NCBI RefSeq assembly: GCF_036365525.1
Contig: NC_090382.1
Location: forward strand, 94,535,982 to 94,599,981
Reading direction: 5' to 3'
DNA: 64,000 bases
Source: Heterodontus francisci
Lineage: Eukaryota
How positions within the stretch are numbered: position 1 is the stretch's first letter; each line of letters begins with the position of its first letter. Positions 11,181-24,660 of this stretch are shown one piece after another. The notes under the pieces were generated by a model that saw only the letters and a list, made by a program, of their open reading frames with translations, was not told where the DNA came from and searched no databases. The translations under genes and the position numbers were made by a program.

Positions 11181-13915
11181 AGGAGGAATTACTGTGGGTA
11201 CCAAAGGGACAGCCGCTGTAGCTCGCCGGTTGTGGGATGATGGGAAACCAGTTGATTTCTATCCTGAGCCAGGGTGGGTGATGGAGGAGAGCTGATCCCA
11301 CAGTTGGCAGGCGAGCATGGGTCAACAGCAGGCTATGGTACTTTTGTGCAATCAGGTGGGTCACTTGCTCCTCCTGGCCTAACAAAAATTCTCACCAAAA
11401 ATATTTCTGCACCTACTGTGGAGTGTCAACAAAGACTCATTTTAAAGACTGCTGGCTAGGCTGCCCACCACTTGTACAAATGGTTAAGGCATAGTACAGA
11501 TCTGAAAATTGCAAACGGTGTCCTACAACTGAGCAAAAGAAACAGATGTCCAATTTGCTCTTTTACAGGCCCACCTGTAAATTACTTTGAGCAGGTCTTG
11601 GGAGTCTATGGGGTTGTTGCTGTGACCCCTTGATCTTCAACTGCTATCTGCCCATTTTTCAGGAAACAATCGGGTGACTGGCAGTTGAAAATCAGCCATT
11701 CTGAAAAACTTTTATGGGAAAAACTCTTTTCACCTCATGTAAGACGCTAACCTCCAACATATTGACAATGATGATGGATGCCAGGATCCATCAGAAATGA
11801 ACAGCTCATCGCAAAAAAGATTGCATATGTAAATTAGGAAAATATTAAATGTGATTTGAATCCAACAGCGTCAGGCCAGAATAAAAAGACCAGGTGATCA
11901 TGCATAATTCATCTTACGTTAAGAAACTTTGTCAAAATACATGGCTAAGAATAGCTATAAAGTTGCCTTTTACTTTCTGGGCTCAGATCTTGTCTGAAAC
12001 TACAAAGAGTAATTCACATGTGCATTACACTCTATTGAGTCAGCAACATACATTCCATGGTTTTAGTGGTAATTCTGGTCTGATGTAGATAGCTTCTCAG
12101 GTTTAGTGACATTATTTACTCCCTTGATTGGATCCCATGTATCTTGTGCCTGGCTTTGACTCCCAGTGTCCCATATCTACTTATGGAATAGCAAATGAGA
12201 TAGCAATGCATCACCCTTAACAATCACCTAGATAACGGAAACTTGCATGTTCCCTCACGTGTTCTCCAATCTTTCAGTAGGCAGAAGTGATAAACATTCT
12301 GGTAAGGTAAAACCATATATAAATCAAGAAGCAGGTTTATTTTGGAGAATATAGGATGGGAATAGAGAAATTTCAGACTTATTTATATATTAAAAAAACT
12401 GCTTTTGTAGCTTTCCCATAACCAAGTGAAAGAACAAAGACACACTGATTTATCCTGAACAATAGATGAATATTCACTTGTTGTTTTCTTTCCCTTTGAA
12501 TGAGCTTTCAGCTCAGAAAAACAACCTGCTGTATCTTAATCCTAAATTCAGGTCAAGATCTGCCTTGCTATCTTTGGGAGTCCTAGCTAAATAGGAGTAT
12601 TTTAAACATACATTAACAGGACAGTAAGGCTCCCACTTTATAGTAGTCAGAAATCCCCAAGTATGGCAAATGCCAAAACTGTTTTATGTGTTTATCCAGA
12701 ACCAAATGACCCACAAGAGCAACATTTTAAAATCATATAATCTAAGGCTAAATCTTTAAGATAAGTGTAAAGATTGACTGAGATCAACAAATAACAAATA
12801 AAATATTATGTCCCTACTGCTCTTGTGAAACATTTTTGTAAAATAAAGCTTTGACACATTTATTGTCTTTCCTTGTGCATGTTAATTCATTAAATCACAA
12901 TAAAGGGCAAAATGCTAAATTTCTACCATCAAGCAACTGGCATATTATATAGCAGTGAGTCTCACTGCAGAGATCCCAGTGCACCGAACACTTTTCCAAT
13001 TCATTCTCAATGTATAACATTTCAAAAGTTCCATAGTGTTTCTAATTCAAACATAAAATACTCCCTAATTATTCCAGTTTACCCTATATTGCTTCCTGAC
13101 TGTCTGATGGCATTCATATTTTCTTCGTATACAAAGATACTAGATAATGCAGTGCAAAGTGGAATAAGCTTCTAGTGACTTCCTATATCATGAGTTCCTG
13201 ATCTTGCCTTTGCAACTGGGGGAAATAGGGAGCAAAGACCAGATATTTTCCAATGGGAAAAGAGGAAGATTGAAGCAAAAAATGAGTGGCGACCATCTTT
13301 GCGATAATCTTAGACATGTTTGAGCAGCTGATGCAAACATAAAATGAAAGAAAGGAACGGGGAAAAAACAGCTATAAACTTACAGAAACCAAACAGATAG
13401 TCTGTAGGTTAATATTTGTTTGAGAATTTACCCTAGCTTATATTGAAAAGATATGCCTGCCCCTGCAAAACAGCCAGAAAGACCCAGCTTTTTAAATGTT
13501 TATGCAGCAATTTTTGTATCTGTGCATTTTGCTGTGAATTAGAGATGCCAGCCTTGGTTATTACAGCTCACACCATAGCCTACAACATGTAAAAGATCTC
13601 GAGAGTACCGTGCAATAGTTTGGAATATAATAAAGACTGCTATTACAGCAATTTAATAATTCTTTCATATTATGCAATTCATTTAAATTTTTATTGATAT
13701 ATATGATACAATAATAAAATTTAAATAACATTGCAAGGTATTATCTACAATACAGTCAACTTCAAAAACAAAACCTGATCCCAAGCACTGAATTCCACCA
13801 TACCAAACTCTTTTCCAGTCATTCTTCTTCTGCATGATTCTGGACAACCAAAACCCTGGCTATTGTCTCTCACTGCATGGAATTCCAGTGGATTAGTCAC
13901 CTTCTTAAACATACT

Positions 13916-14610
13916 GGCTGGGATTTTATCCAGGCAATGGGGGTCTCGAACACCAGCAACAGCATCGGCGAGAGCCCTGTGTCGCCTCCTCTGGGGAAGG
14001 CCTGCCAAATCAATTGCCAATTAGACACTTAAGTGTACAGCGGTGGGCCTTCCTTGGGATCAAGGATCCTGGCAGTGGAAGTCCTGCCTGCTGAGACCTG
14101 CTGTCCAATCAGAGGCCGACAGCTGTTTAACTGAGCAGCGCTATCGTGGAGGCGGTAGTTGGTGCCGGTGGAGCTCTCATCTAAGGCCCAGAACCCAGGC
14201 CACAGTTAAGTTTCAGCAGGGGGTTTTGTGGGGTGGGAGTCATGGGGGAGGGGGGTTGTAGGGGATGGCTCTCAGCAGGCCTTTTAATGAGGCCCCACCC
14301 CACTCCGCCCCGGAGCCAGCAAGCAACCCGCACGGGTTTGCTTGGCGTGCTCCCGTGCGGCGACAGGCCTACCTGCCACTGGAGGAATGAGGTCCTTAAT
14401 TGGAGGTTTAATTAATTACCTACTTAAGGGCCTCAATTGGAGGTTTGGTGAGAAGCCGTTCACAGGCCTTCCTGCCCCTGACTTAATTCGGGTGGCAGCA
14501 AGAAGGTGGCGGGTCCCCCCCGCCTTCACCAGCATTCTGCCTGATTATATGCTCTCCCTGCCTCCAAACCCAATGGGTGGGGGTTGCGGGTTGTGCATCA
14601 AGTTCTCTCC
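13916..14610. mobile_element. Harbinger-type MITE
   Basis: Left end ggctgggattttat; internal ccaatcagaggcc motif similar to those in the 16266, 16620 and 20439 elements; right TIR degenerate. Confidence 0.7.
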
Positions 14611-15852
14611 ATCATGTTTTTTGTTACTGGACACATATCTGAAAGAGTAATTTAATTATGTGTATTTATATGAGTGTTTGTGTGATATTGTATGCATCTA
14701 TATTGAGGGTAGGAAATGGAAAGGAGATTTGGCTACTGCAAGTCAAACGTGATCCAGATTCATCCTTATTCACAAATTCTTTTATTTTCCCGCTAACCGC
14801 AAGTTGGGTAACATTTATTGGGATACAACTATATGTGATTTTTATTAATAAAACTGACAAAATTCGATAAAATGGGTTGGGCTGATAACCTTGTGAATTA
14901 ACCACATTATTCACACCCACTGCTGTTGCCTCCTCACTAAAATTTCAGTCTTGGAAGATATTTAGTTTCAGCATATCCGTGGCCTACAAATATTTGCTTA
15001 ATTGTCACAGTGTGAATATCATGAATATTTTGATGACATGGGACTTTATTTCCACTTCACCATAACTAAAGTGTCATGGCAAGGATACATCAAAAGAAAA
15101 TGATTGACATGATGGCAGATATGTAGCAAACCTGTTTTAGTGCAAGGGCTGCGTTTGCTAATCCAAAACACTTATTAGGAGCCCACAGATCACAGCAAGA
15201 GGGTGCGCTCCAGGTAAAAATGACAATTCACACATATCCAGAACTCGTGTATGTCTCAGGATTAGCTTGTAGGGTTGCTGTACATATGTGGAAAAAGCTG
15301 ACAATTCGTTCATTTCTGGCAATGTATGACTCGTGCTTCAATCTTGCCTCCTGTATGGTTAACGCTAATAATTCACTAACTCAGTACCAGTCAGCTTATA
15401 TTGTAACTAGTACTGTAAAAATCATGCATAGCTTAGCATTTACAGCACAGACTTAGCTGGATTAAGCTGTATTCAATGAGAGAGAGCCAGACAGCTGAAG
15501 CTAGTTATAAAAGAACCAGTGTTTCTAACCTCTTTGATGGATACAGTAGGCAAGGATTTCTCTTGCACAAATGGCATATTTCTGCACAAATATCACAAAG
15601 CTCATTGCATGATTACCCAATGAAACAAACATGTTGAAGTACCATTTATTAATGTAGTAATAGGGGACCTCAGTATTGCTCCATTGGAGCATAGTTGTGA
15701 TCTTTAGTCACTGACTTGGCCTGTCCCTTTAGGCCACTGCTGAAGTATTTGATGTGGAGTCCCAGATAATTGCATCTACTTGTAAAGTTTTTGCTAATGG
15801 TCAGTAGAATCCAGGATGAATTGTCTGGCTTTCATTCTATTATAAAGAATCA

Positions 15853-16263
15853 AAAGAAAGACTTGTATTTATATAGCATCTTTCACAACGTCAGGATATC
15901 TCAAAATGCTTCACAGCCAATTAAGTACTTTAGAGTTGTAATGCAGGAAATGTGACAGGCAATTTGCACACAGCAACGTCCCACAAACAGCAAAATCATA
16001 ATGGCCAGATAATCTGTTTTTAGTGATATTGATTGAGGGATAAGTATTTTGGCCAGGACATTGGGAATAACTCAGTTGGTCTTCTTTGAAGTAATGCCAG
16101 GTATATCCACCTGAGAGCACAGCCGGGGCCTCGGTTAATCGCATTATCTGAAAGACGGCACCTCCAACTGTGCAGCACTCCCTCAGTACAGCCCTGGAGT
16201 GTCAACCTAGATTTTGTACTCAAGTCTCTGGGGTGGGGCTTAAATCCACAACCTTCTGGGCAC
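15853..16263 (-). mobile_element. SacSINE1-like DeuSINE
   Basis: Reverse-complement Deu domain (gcagcactccctcagtac) and aaagacttgtatttatatagc tail. Confidence 0.9.
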
Positions 16264-16582
16264 ATGAGCCAGGATTTTCTTAGAAGAGGGTAAATCCTGA
16301 CATCAGGACCAAATGCGGGTCCTGAGCCTGCACGGGCGGGCTGTGGAGTCGGGGCTGCAAGAGGCAGTCTCTGAATTGGCTGCTGCCAGACCCATCATCC
16401 AATTAAGCATGGCGGGTGGATGCTCCATGCTGCTGGCCCAATCAGAGGGCCGGTAGTTCAGAAGCCTCAGTAGCGCCACTGGGAGAGGTGGCCGCTGTAA
16501 GGGCAGCAGGGATAATGAGAGGGCGCCTCCATCTTGAGGTGCCTTCACAGGGGAAGAAGACACTTCATGTTCCTGCAGGGGC

Positions 16583-17535
16583 TGTCATGTGTTCTTTGTG
16601 TTGTATGAAGTAACACGATGGCTGGGATTTTACTCTTGGCGGATGGGAGCTATCCACCGACTGAAAAGTTGACAGTGAACCCGCTTCCACCTGGCCTAGG
16701 GATCCAACCTGCATTTTGTGGGTCCATGGCCTTTAATTGTTCTGAGGCAGGAAGTCCCGCCTAATAGAGCTGCTGGCCAATCAGTGGGCCGGCAGCTCTC
16801 TGCTCCAGCAGCGCCACCAGGAGTGGTGGCAACTGCTGGGACTGCAGCCCAGCTTCAAGAGGAAGATGTCGGGGATCCCCGGAACGCAGGTAAGCTTTTG
16901 TTGCCTCGCTGGGGGTGATCGGTCGGGCCCCGATGAGGCAAGGGTGTTCGACTGGGAGGGCGTGTTGGGTGTTGGAGGTGGTTGGAGCAGGAGGGATGGC
17001 CCTCCATTGGGCACAGGGTGCCTGATCATGAGAGACCCCCCAAGGCCGTCAGAGAGCCGTCTGCTTTTAACAGGTGGCTTTTCTCCAGCCTGGTCGCCCG
17101 ACAAGCCAGGGGTAAAATGTGGCCACTTAAGGGCCTTGATTGGCCTGGGATGGGCGGGCAGTTTTTACTCGCCGCCGCCCTGCGCAAAATGGCGGTGGAG
17201 GTGGGAGCGGATAGGGAAGGGGCCCCCAAGCCTCCCGCTCCATTTTACGCACCCCCCAACCTCCCCTCCTGCCACCTTCCCGCTTTTTGGGGGGCGGGGC
17301 GTAAAATTCCAGCCAATGAGTTACGTGGATTCCGATTCCTTGAACATCTCAAACAGGTTTATTAACAGCTAACTATGATATATAATACAGAGCAAACTAT
17401 GTACAGAAGCTTTGTCTAGGGAGTTACAGTTGCAGAGTCACGATTGCTTCCAGTCACATGACTACATCCTGGCACTTAGCTCATTATCATCCTGAGATCT
17501 TAAAGGGATATCACTTTTGAAGCAATCATACAACA
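16583..17535 (-). mobile_element. Solo LTR (Gypsy-like, ~260 bp), split by a MITE
   Basis: TG...CA ends (tgtcatg / caaca); perfect 5-bp TSD GGGGC at 16578-16582 and 17536-17540; tttatt (AATAAA on minus strand). Confidence 0.8.
16620..17314. mobile_element. Harbinger-type MITE (inner)
   Basis: TIRs ggctgggattttac / gtaaaattccagcc (1 mismatch in 14); flanks gat/aat, consistent with a 3-bp TSD altered by CpG decay. Confidence 0.9.
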
Positions 17536-18480
17536 GGGGCTATGCAGACAGGCCCCTGTGTTCGGAGGCAGAATCCCTCTAGTGGCAGCATTGGGGCCTT
17601 GGGTGGTGCCATTGCCGCTACTGGCCCCCTCCTTGAGCCTTGGAGCCTCTGGCCCAGGAAGACGGCCTCAATTGGGTCTCTAAATTGGCCGCTTGCCTCT
17701 GGTCAGCCAAGGCGCTGCCCTTCCCGCTGGTGGGAAACTTCCCCAGTGCCGTCCCGATTTGGCTTCCTAGCCCACCATCTAGGGGCTGGTAAAATTTTGC
17801 CCATGTTATCTGGGTTGATATGCATATTCTTGTTGTACTCCATTGCTGTAATAAAATGGGACATTTGATATGATAGACAGCTACTGAAAAATACTGTTTA
17901 CATGATCTCTCAAGGTGTTGCTCAATGTGAGTCAGAGATTATGCTGTTATGGGGACAGGAGTCTGTGAAAGAATTTGGAGAGATTATAAGAGATTTCCCA
18001 TTGGCAAGAAACAATGTATTTTTTGATCAATTCCTGGAAAATACCCATTACCGTGGCTAAATAAGTATTATAATTTTCATCTCTCCTCCTTTATTAAATA
18101 TTTCAGTACAATTAAGTACAATCTTCAGGTGAAACATTTTAAATTCAGAACCACCTTCCAAAATTGCATAGTGCTACTGTCTTCCCAGAAGTTGCAATTT
18201 ATTTTAATAAATATTGTTTTTGTATTCAGTATAAACAAATATAACAGCACTGTTTAAAATGCATTGCAAAATATAATTCCTTTTCAAAATTTAGCATTTT
18301 GAAAGTGTAATTTGTGATGTATGTAACATACTGCGTGGAATTCAGCGAATACTGAATTCGATTTATATTTTAAAAATCCCAGTCACTTTCACTCGTCAAA
18401 ATGTTATCAGGTTTCATCATTCCCAATAATTTCTCATTAAAAATAAATTATGATCTGAAATGTACAGAAAACCCGTAATT

Positions 18481-18662
18481 GGGCTGGATTTTACAGGGGA
18501 GCGGTCCGCTCCGGGTATTTAAATGAACTGCCATACTTAGGAACACGGCGGCTCCAGTATGTGCATCCCACACATCACTTTTAACAATATCCAAGTGACA
18601 GAAATCGACGCCCATTCATAGGGTATCCATTCGCCCAATATTGAGTGGACACAATCTCCCAC
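18481..18662. mobile_element. Short Harbinger-type MITE remnant
   Basis: Starts gggctggattttac, the same TIR type; right end unclear. Confidence 0.5.
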
Positions 18663-18717
18663 AGGGACAATCCCCACTTAATCAAGTCTAGATGGCCAAG
18701 GCTCAGGGACCAAATAC

Positions 18718-19744
18718 TTTTTTTTATTCATTCATGGGATATGGGCACTGCTGGCTAGGCCAGCATTTATTGCCCATCCCTAATTGCCCTTGAGAAGGTG
18801 GTGGTGAGCTGCCTTCTTGAACCGCTGCAGTCCATGTGAGTTAGGTACACCCACAGTGCTGTTAGGAAGGGAGTTCCAAGATTTTGACCCAGCGACAGTG
18901 AAGGAACGGTGATATAGTTCCAAGTCAGGATGGTGTGTGACTTATAGGGGAACTTGCAGGTGGTGGCGTTCCAATGCATTTGCTGCCCTTGTCCTTCTAG
19001 TTGGTACAGGTCGCAGGTTTGGAAGGTGCTTTCTAAGCAGCCTTGGTGCACTGCTGCAGTACATCTTGTAGATGGTACACATTGCTGCCACTGTGCATCG
19101 GTGGTGGGGGGAGTGAATGTTTGTGGATGGTCTCCCAATCAAGTGGGCTGCTTTGTCCTGGATGGTGTCGAGCTTCTTGAGTGTTGTTGGAGCTGCACCC
19201 ATCCAGGCAACTGGAGAGTATTCTATCACATTCCTGACTTGTGCCTTGTAGGTGTTGGACAGGCTTTGGAAGTCAGGAGGTGAGTTACTCGCCACAGGAT
19301 TCCTAGCCTCTGACCTGCTCTTGTAGCCACGGTATTTATATGGCTACTCCAGTTCAGTTTCTGGTCAATGGTAACCCCTTGAATGTTGATTGTGGGGGAT
19401 TCAGCGATGATAATGCCATTGAATATCAAGGGGAGATGGTTAGATTTTCTCTTGTTGGAGATGGTCATTACCTGGCACTTGTGTAGTGCAAATGTTACTT
19501 GCCACTTATCAGCCAAACCTGGATATTGTCCAGATCTTGCTGCATTTCTACAGAGACTGCTTCAGTATCTGAGGAGTCGCAAATGGTGAACATTGTGCAA
19601 TTATCAACGAACTTCCCCACTTCTGACCTTATAATTGAAGGAAGGTCATTGATGAAGCAGCTAAAGATGGTTGGGTCTCGGACATTACCCTGAGGAACTC
19701 CTGCAGAGATTTCCTCGAGCTGAGATGACTGACCTCCAACAACC
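18718..19744 (-). mobile_element. CR1-group LINE (family 2), 5'-truncated
   Basis: AGVPQG...FINDLP...FVDNCT, ADKWQVTF, YKAQVRNVIEYSP; 3' UTR with poly(A) at 18718. Confidence 0.92.
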
Positions 19745-20154
19745 TGGAGATTGCTGGAGATTAACCTGGTCAATCCATTCAGTGATACTGAAACAATGTA
19801 TAACTGCTTGTCCAGCTAGGTTGATCTTTCTTGTTCTCACACTGGAGCCAAGCAGGAAGATTCTGACCCACCAGACAGGGCACAGACAGGTTGGCTGGCC
19901 AATCATAAACAGTGCTCTGGATATTGCGGACCTGTCTGCTCAAGTATTGGAGTCAATGATCTACCACAGAGGGTTGATTTGGTTTTTACAGCAGAAGAAC
20001 TTCCTGTAGAACCATCAGCAACTAGAATTTATTCGGGTGGATGGAGGAAAGTACTTACATAATCTTCTGATTCTTGGCCTGCTCCCTATCCTCAATACAA
20101 TAATGTGATTCTTCTCAATCGTACAGGTGTGTTATATAATATGTATAGATATGC

Positions 20155-20420
20155 TTTTTTTACTTATTTATTCATGAGATGTAGGTATCGCTGGCCAGGA
20201 CAGCATTTATTGCCCATCATTAATTTCCCTGAGAAAGTGGTGGTAAGCCACCTTCATGAACAGCTGCAGTCCACTGTAGCATTTTTTTTTTGGTTTGCTA
20301 GGTCATTTCAGAAGGCAGTTAAGAGTCAATAACAATGCTGCAGGTTTGCAGTCACATATTGGCCAGACCGGGTAAGGATGCCAGATTTCTTTCCCTAAAG
20401 GACATTAGCGAACAAATTGG
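20155..20420 (-). mobile_element. Short non-autonomous retroelement carrying the family-2 LINE 3' tail
   Basis: LINE tail at 20155-20275 joined to a non-coding block (ggcagttaagagtcaa...ccctaaaggacattag). Confidence 0.65.
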
Positions 20421-20438
20421 GCTCTTTGTACATATATA

Positions 20439-21232
20439 GGGCCACATTTTATTTTGTCAGTGGGGGTCCTGGCGGTGGACCGGAAGCCAGAGGGAGATAT
20501 CACCTTGGCCCTCCGTTGCTATTTCATGACGGCCAGATAATTAACAGCCCACCATCAGGGAGACCATCTCTTTAAGGGACAAGCTCCTGCCTCCAGAGCT
20601 GCTGTCCAATCAGAAGGCTGGCAGCCCTACAGTGCCATCGCAAGCGGTGGGCACTGCCGGTACCGCAGGAGGTCCCGCAGAGGAGAAGACCTCGGGAAAG
20701 GCAAGTGGGATTGGGGTTGCCAGGACCATTCAGGTAGGCCCTGGCGACGGGATAGGGGGTGTTGTTAGTGAGGGTGGGGGGCAGGATCTTCACGGTGGTG
20801 AGGGTGGGCCTGAATTGCCCCCAAAGGAGGGAGCTCCCCCCCCCCCCAATGACCCTGCAATGAGCTGGCTAGACTTTACCTGGCAGCACCTCCCCATGGT
20901 GGTGGGCCCCTCTGCCTTCAATAAAATTGAGGCGGAGGTGGGAATAGGCCCTTAAGTGGCCATTAATTGGCCTGGGGCAGGAATGCCATCCTCAGCCTTT
21001 TCACCCTTCCCAAGGACTGCAGCAGTTCAAGTAGACAGCTCACCACTATCATCCCAAGGACAATTAAGGATGGGCAATAAATGCTGACCTAGCCAATGAT
21101 GCCCACATCCCATGAATGAGTAATAAAAAAAAACTGGCAGGGGGCATGGGCAATGCTGAGAACAGTGCCCCCTGCCATTTTATTTGCCCACCTCACCTGG
21201 GTGCCCACCAAGGGTAGCATGACATCCTGCCC
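20439..21232. mobile_element. Harbinger-type MITE containing a LINE tail fragment (~21010-21133, +)
   Basis: Ends gggccacatttt / atcctgccc; 3-bp TSD ATA on both sides. Confidence 0.8.
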
Positions 21233-22329
21233 ATATTATATTATGCACAGAATATTGAGTTGCAGTTATGTATCAGGTGAAACATGGAGAAATGATTCTA
21301 TATGGTTGTGTTATCCTACAGGTAGCTCAATATATGTAACCAGCTATATATTTGCCTACAAATGATATGAACTTTATTTTTGCTCTGAATGTTTTGCATC
21401 CTCATTGACTTTAATGCATTTACTTGTGTAGGCAACAACTAAATTTAATTTACACACAAATAAGCCAATGCAGATGTTTATTCGAGTTTGTAAAACTAAA
21501 CTGTGTACACAAGCATGGAACAAGAAACTAGTCTCAAGTTTATTTCAGAGTGAACTCCCATCTTTAACCATTCCATTCAGCTGCACATCTGTCAGCTTTA
21601 TAGCAAAGTTTCTCCATGGGTCAGAGAGTTCTGATTTTAAATCTCCCACTCAGAGCCTTCAACTGTTCATAGTGGTCATATGTCATAATCCAGAAACAGG
21701 CTTCGGCCACAGAAGACACCTACAGCTCGGCCCCAGGGAATGCAAGAAGATGGAAAATAAATGTTTTTGGCTTATTAAAAATGTAAATGGCAAGAAAAAT
21801 CTCCATGTAAAAAGTGTTTCCATTTTTCATATTGCTGCAACTGATGCAAAATCAATATCTGGCCACTTTATAGTAGTTGAAAAGCAACTTCCTCTCAGTA
21901 TATGATCTCTTAAATAAGCCTAATTTGTAATTGTTGGCTTTTAGTTGCCAGAACAGGTGGGGAAATGCTCCCCTACTTCCAGTACTGTACACTTATTCAG
22001 GATTATTCAAGACTTCATCTGATTTTAACAGACTGCCCACTGAATATAATTGTTGCATTCCAGGGACTATAATAGAAGCCAGAATTGGCTAAACAAACAA
22101 AAGAAATCCCCTTCAGCTATCTGAAACCCCCCAAAAAAGCCACAGTTGAGCTGAGATTCTCTCCAATTGAACATAGGAAGATGAAGGCTATCATATTTTG
22201 AAATAGTCAACAACTCCACACTCTTAATCATCGACTCTATTCCCCTTCTTGACTTCTCACTTAGACTGAACGTGACAACCATGTTCTACATTTCTCAGAA
22301 CTGAGTTTCAAACCATGTACACAATTCAT

Positions 22330-22870
22330 CATCAAGACCACTTACTTTCAACTTTACAACATTGCTCCTTACTCCCACAGCTGCCAAAACATTATCCATA
22401 TCTCTCAACTTGATTCCTCCCATGCCCTTCTTACTGGCCTCCTATTCTTCTCACGAGTTCCTGACTGCCCCTTCCACAAGCTCCAAACCATCCAAATTGC
22501 CACAACCCAGCTTGTGCATCCTCCCTACACTGACTCCCTATCCAGTAACACATTAAATTTAAAATTTTTGCGTTACCTACAAATCCCTCCAAGGCGTCAT
22601 CTGACCCTTGCTAATGAAACCTTTTCCAAATGCATGACCTCCCATGGTCCTCTAATTCTCCGATTTGACCTCTTGTTCAACCTGCACATCCTGTCCATTC
22701 TATTAATGGCAGCATCTCCCATTGCCGTGACTTTACTCTCAAACTTCTTCCCTAAACTCCTCTGTGTGTTCACCTCCCTCATTGCCTTCCTACCCCTATG
22801 ACCAAGATTTGGTTACCTCTCCAAGCAAAGACTCAGCATCTGTTTCTCTTCCTCCCCCATGAAACACAGA
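22330..22870 (+). mobile_element. Old L2 LINE 3' fragment
   Basis: Pyrimidine-rich, decayed L2 C-terminal coding sequence (aagaccacttactttcaact...cttactggcct). Confidence 0.55.
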
Positions 22871-22984
22871 TTTGTTTTTTTACAATTTAAGCAAATGTGG
22901 CAGGAATTTATTCAATAGCATAGCCTGGAATGAGATGAATCACAAGTTTTTAGTACTGTTACTTAATGGAGCAATGTTGGTCAC

Positions 22985-23200
22985 GACACTGGGAGAACTC
23001 CCTGCTCTTTTTCAAATCGTTCCCTGAGGTCTTTAACATGTACGGAGTTGCCAGGATGGGCAAACTGGGATCTTGGCTCTGTTGCCCAAATGAAGGATGG
23101 CACCTTGAACAATTTATTTAGTACTGCAGTAGAATGTCAGCTTAATTTAAATGTTTTAAGTCCTGATGTGGTCTTGAGCCCACAGCCTGTTATATCAACC
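22985..23200 (-). mobile_element. Degenerate DeuSINE fragment
   Basis: gggagaactccctgctcttt...ggatggcacc...gtactgca...gtcagc. Confidence 0.6.
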
Positions 23201-24174
23201 TAGTACAGCTGGCATAATGCTTATTATGTATGTCACTTTATTCAACTCAACAAGTCAATGTGCTCAGCAGTTGCATAATCCAGTACACACTTATTTTTGT
23301 GTTACAGTGAAACTTCCAGCAGACTACATAATGAGCTTGGTGTGCTGAACAAACCCCGTGTGCTTCTTCATTCCATAAAATCTCCAGCTCTTTTGAATAA
23401 AGGGATCCATTCCAATGATTATCCTTAATGCTTCAATATATATTTTGATTTCCACAGGGGAGTCATTGAATTGGTTTGCAGTTGTAAATTCAAATTGATT
23501 TTTATTTTCTGTGGTGTATCGATAAACACTAAACATCTAAGGTCAGTTATTTGTCTCAATAAGATTTTTTTTTTAAATCAATACCGGTCCTTTTCTATGA
23601 GATCTAATTCACAATGAAATGAAACAATTATAGCTTTGGTGGTTAATGTGAGAAAGCTTAGAATTCATCAGTTTATTAATATTTTAAACAGGCATTTTCT
23701 CTCAGAGAGTGGACAAAATCAGTCACTGGCACCAATATTAACTTAATATCCAACTGACAATTCAGTATGTTTACTGCATAATCTATTTTCTTTTTACAAA
23801 AGCAATGTCTTCAATGAAATTATTTTCATGGTTTTACATCATAATTAAAATGCTGGAAGGTGCATCTAAATTTCCTTTGAAATTCAGATAGTCAATGATC
23901 CAATTTAGTGTTAATCTCCAATTTGACTTTTTTGATTAGATGCAGAAAGCCTGAACCAATGTTTGAATTATAAGTAACCCTAATACATTCAACCATTGCT
24001 AAATGCAAATTCTATGATCATTATTCTGGCTTCAATGAAAACTCAGGACTTTCCAATGATTTCAAACTTAGTATATACAACAGTCCTTCAGCATCTTATT
24101 CCCCAGATTAATTAGCACAGGATATTACTGCCCTGAACGGACACCAAGATGATTCCTAGTATCAGATATTTAAG

Positions 24175-24660
24175 TTATCAGGAAAAGAAATTAATAAGGA
24201 GAAGATCAAGGTTTGTTTTCTTCTGCAGAAAGGAAACTTCAATGTGACCCAAGTCAGAGTTTCAAGATTATAAAAGGATTTGACAAAGTTGATCCTCACA
24301 GGGGACAGTAAGAGGGAACCAAAGAATTTGACAACAAATGTAATCGTAGAAGGATGTTTGAAGAATTGTTGGTTCTTTTAAAGATACATTGGGTAAAACT
24401 ATTACAAATGAACAGAATACGACAGATAAGTTGAATGGATTCTTCATCAGTTTCACAAATAAAGAATGTCAGCAAACTCTAGCCAACATAAATGGGGTTA
24501 AGTGATCTGCAGCATATATAAAAGTTAGTAACGATTGTGTTACAAAACCACTGAAAGGATTATGTATCCACTCTGCTCCTGCATCTAGGATGTTTCTAGG
24601 AAACATCCTAGAATCATTAAGAGATTAAAGGAAGAAATTTGTGATGCATTAGTACATCCC
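24175..24660 (+). mobile_element. Old CR1 fragments
   Basis: ttcaagattataaaaggatttgacaaagt; catcctagaatc...gaaatttgtgatgcatta (HPRII..EICDAL). Confidence 0.55.

Larger units (their letters stand above)
16266..17802. mobile_element. Harbinger-type MITE (outer), hosting a solo LTR and a second MITE
   Basis: Ends gagccaggatttt / gtaaaattttgccc; catg on both flanks. Confidence 0.7.

Noticed and set aside
16303-17868. Cluster of overlapping GC-rich ORFs resembling a CpG-island gene
   Set aside because: All lie in MITEs; open frames reflect high GC content
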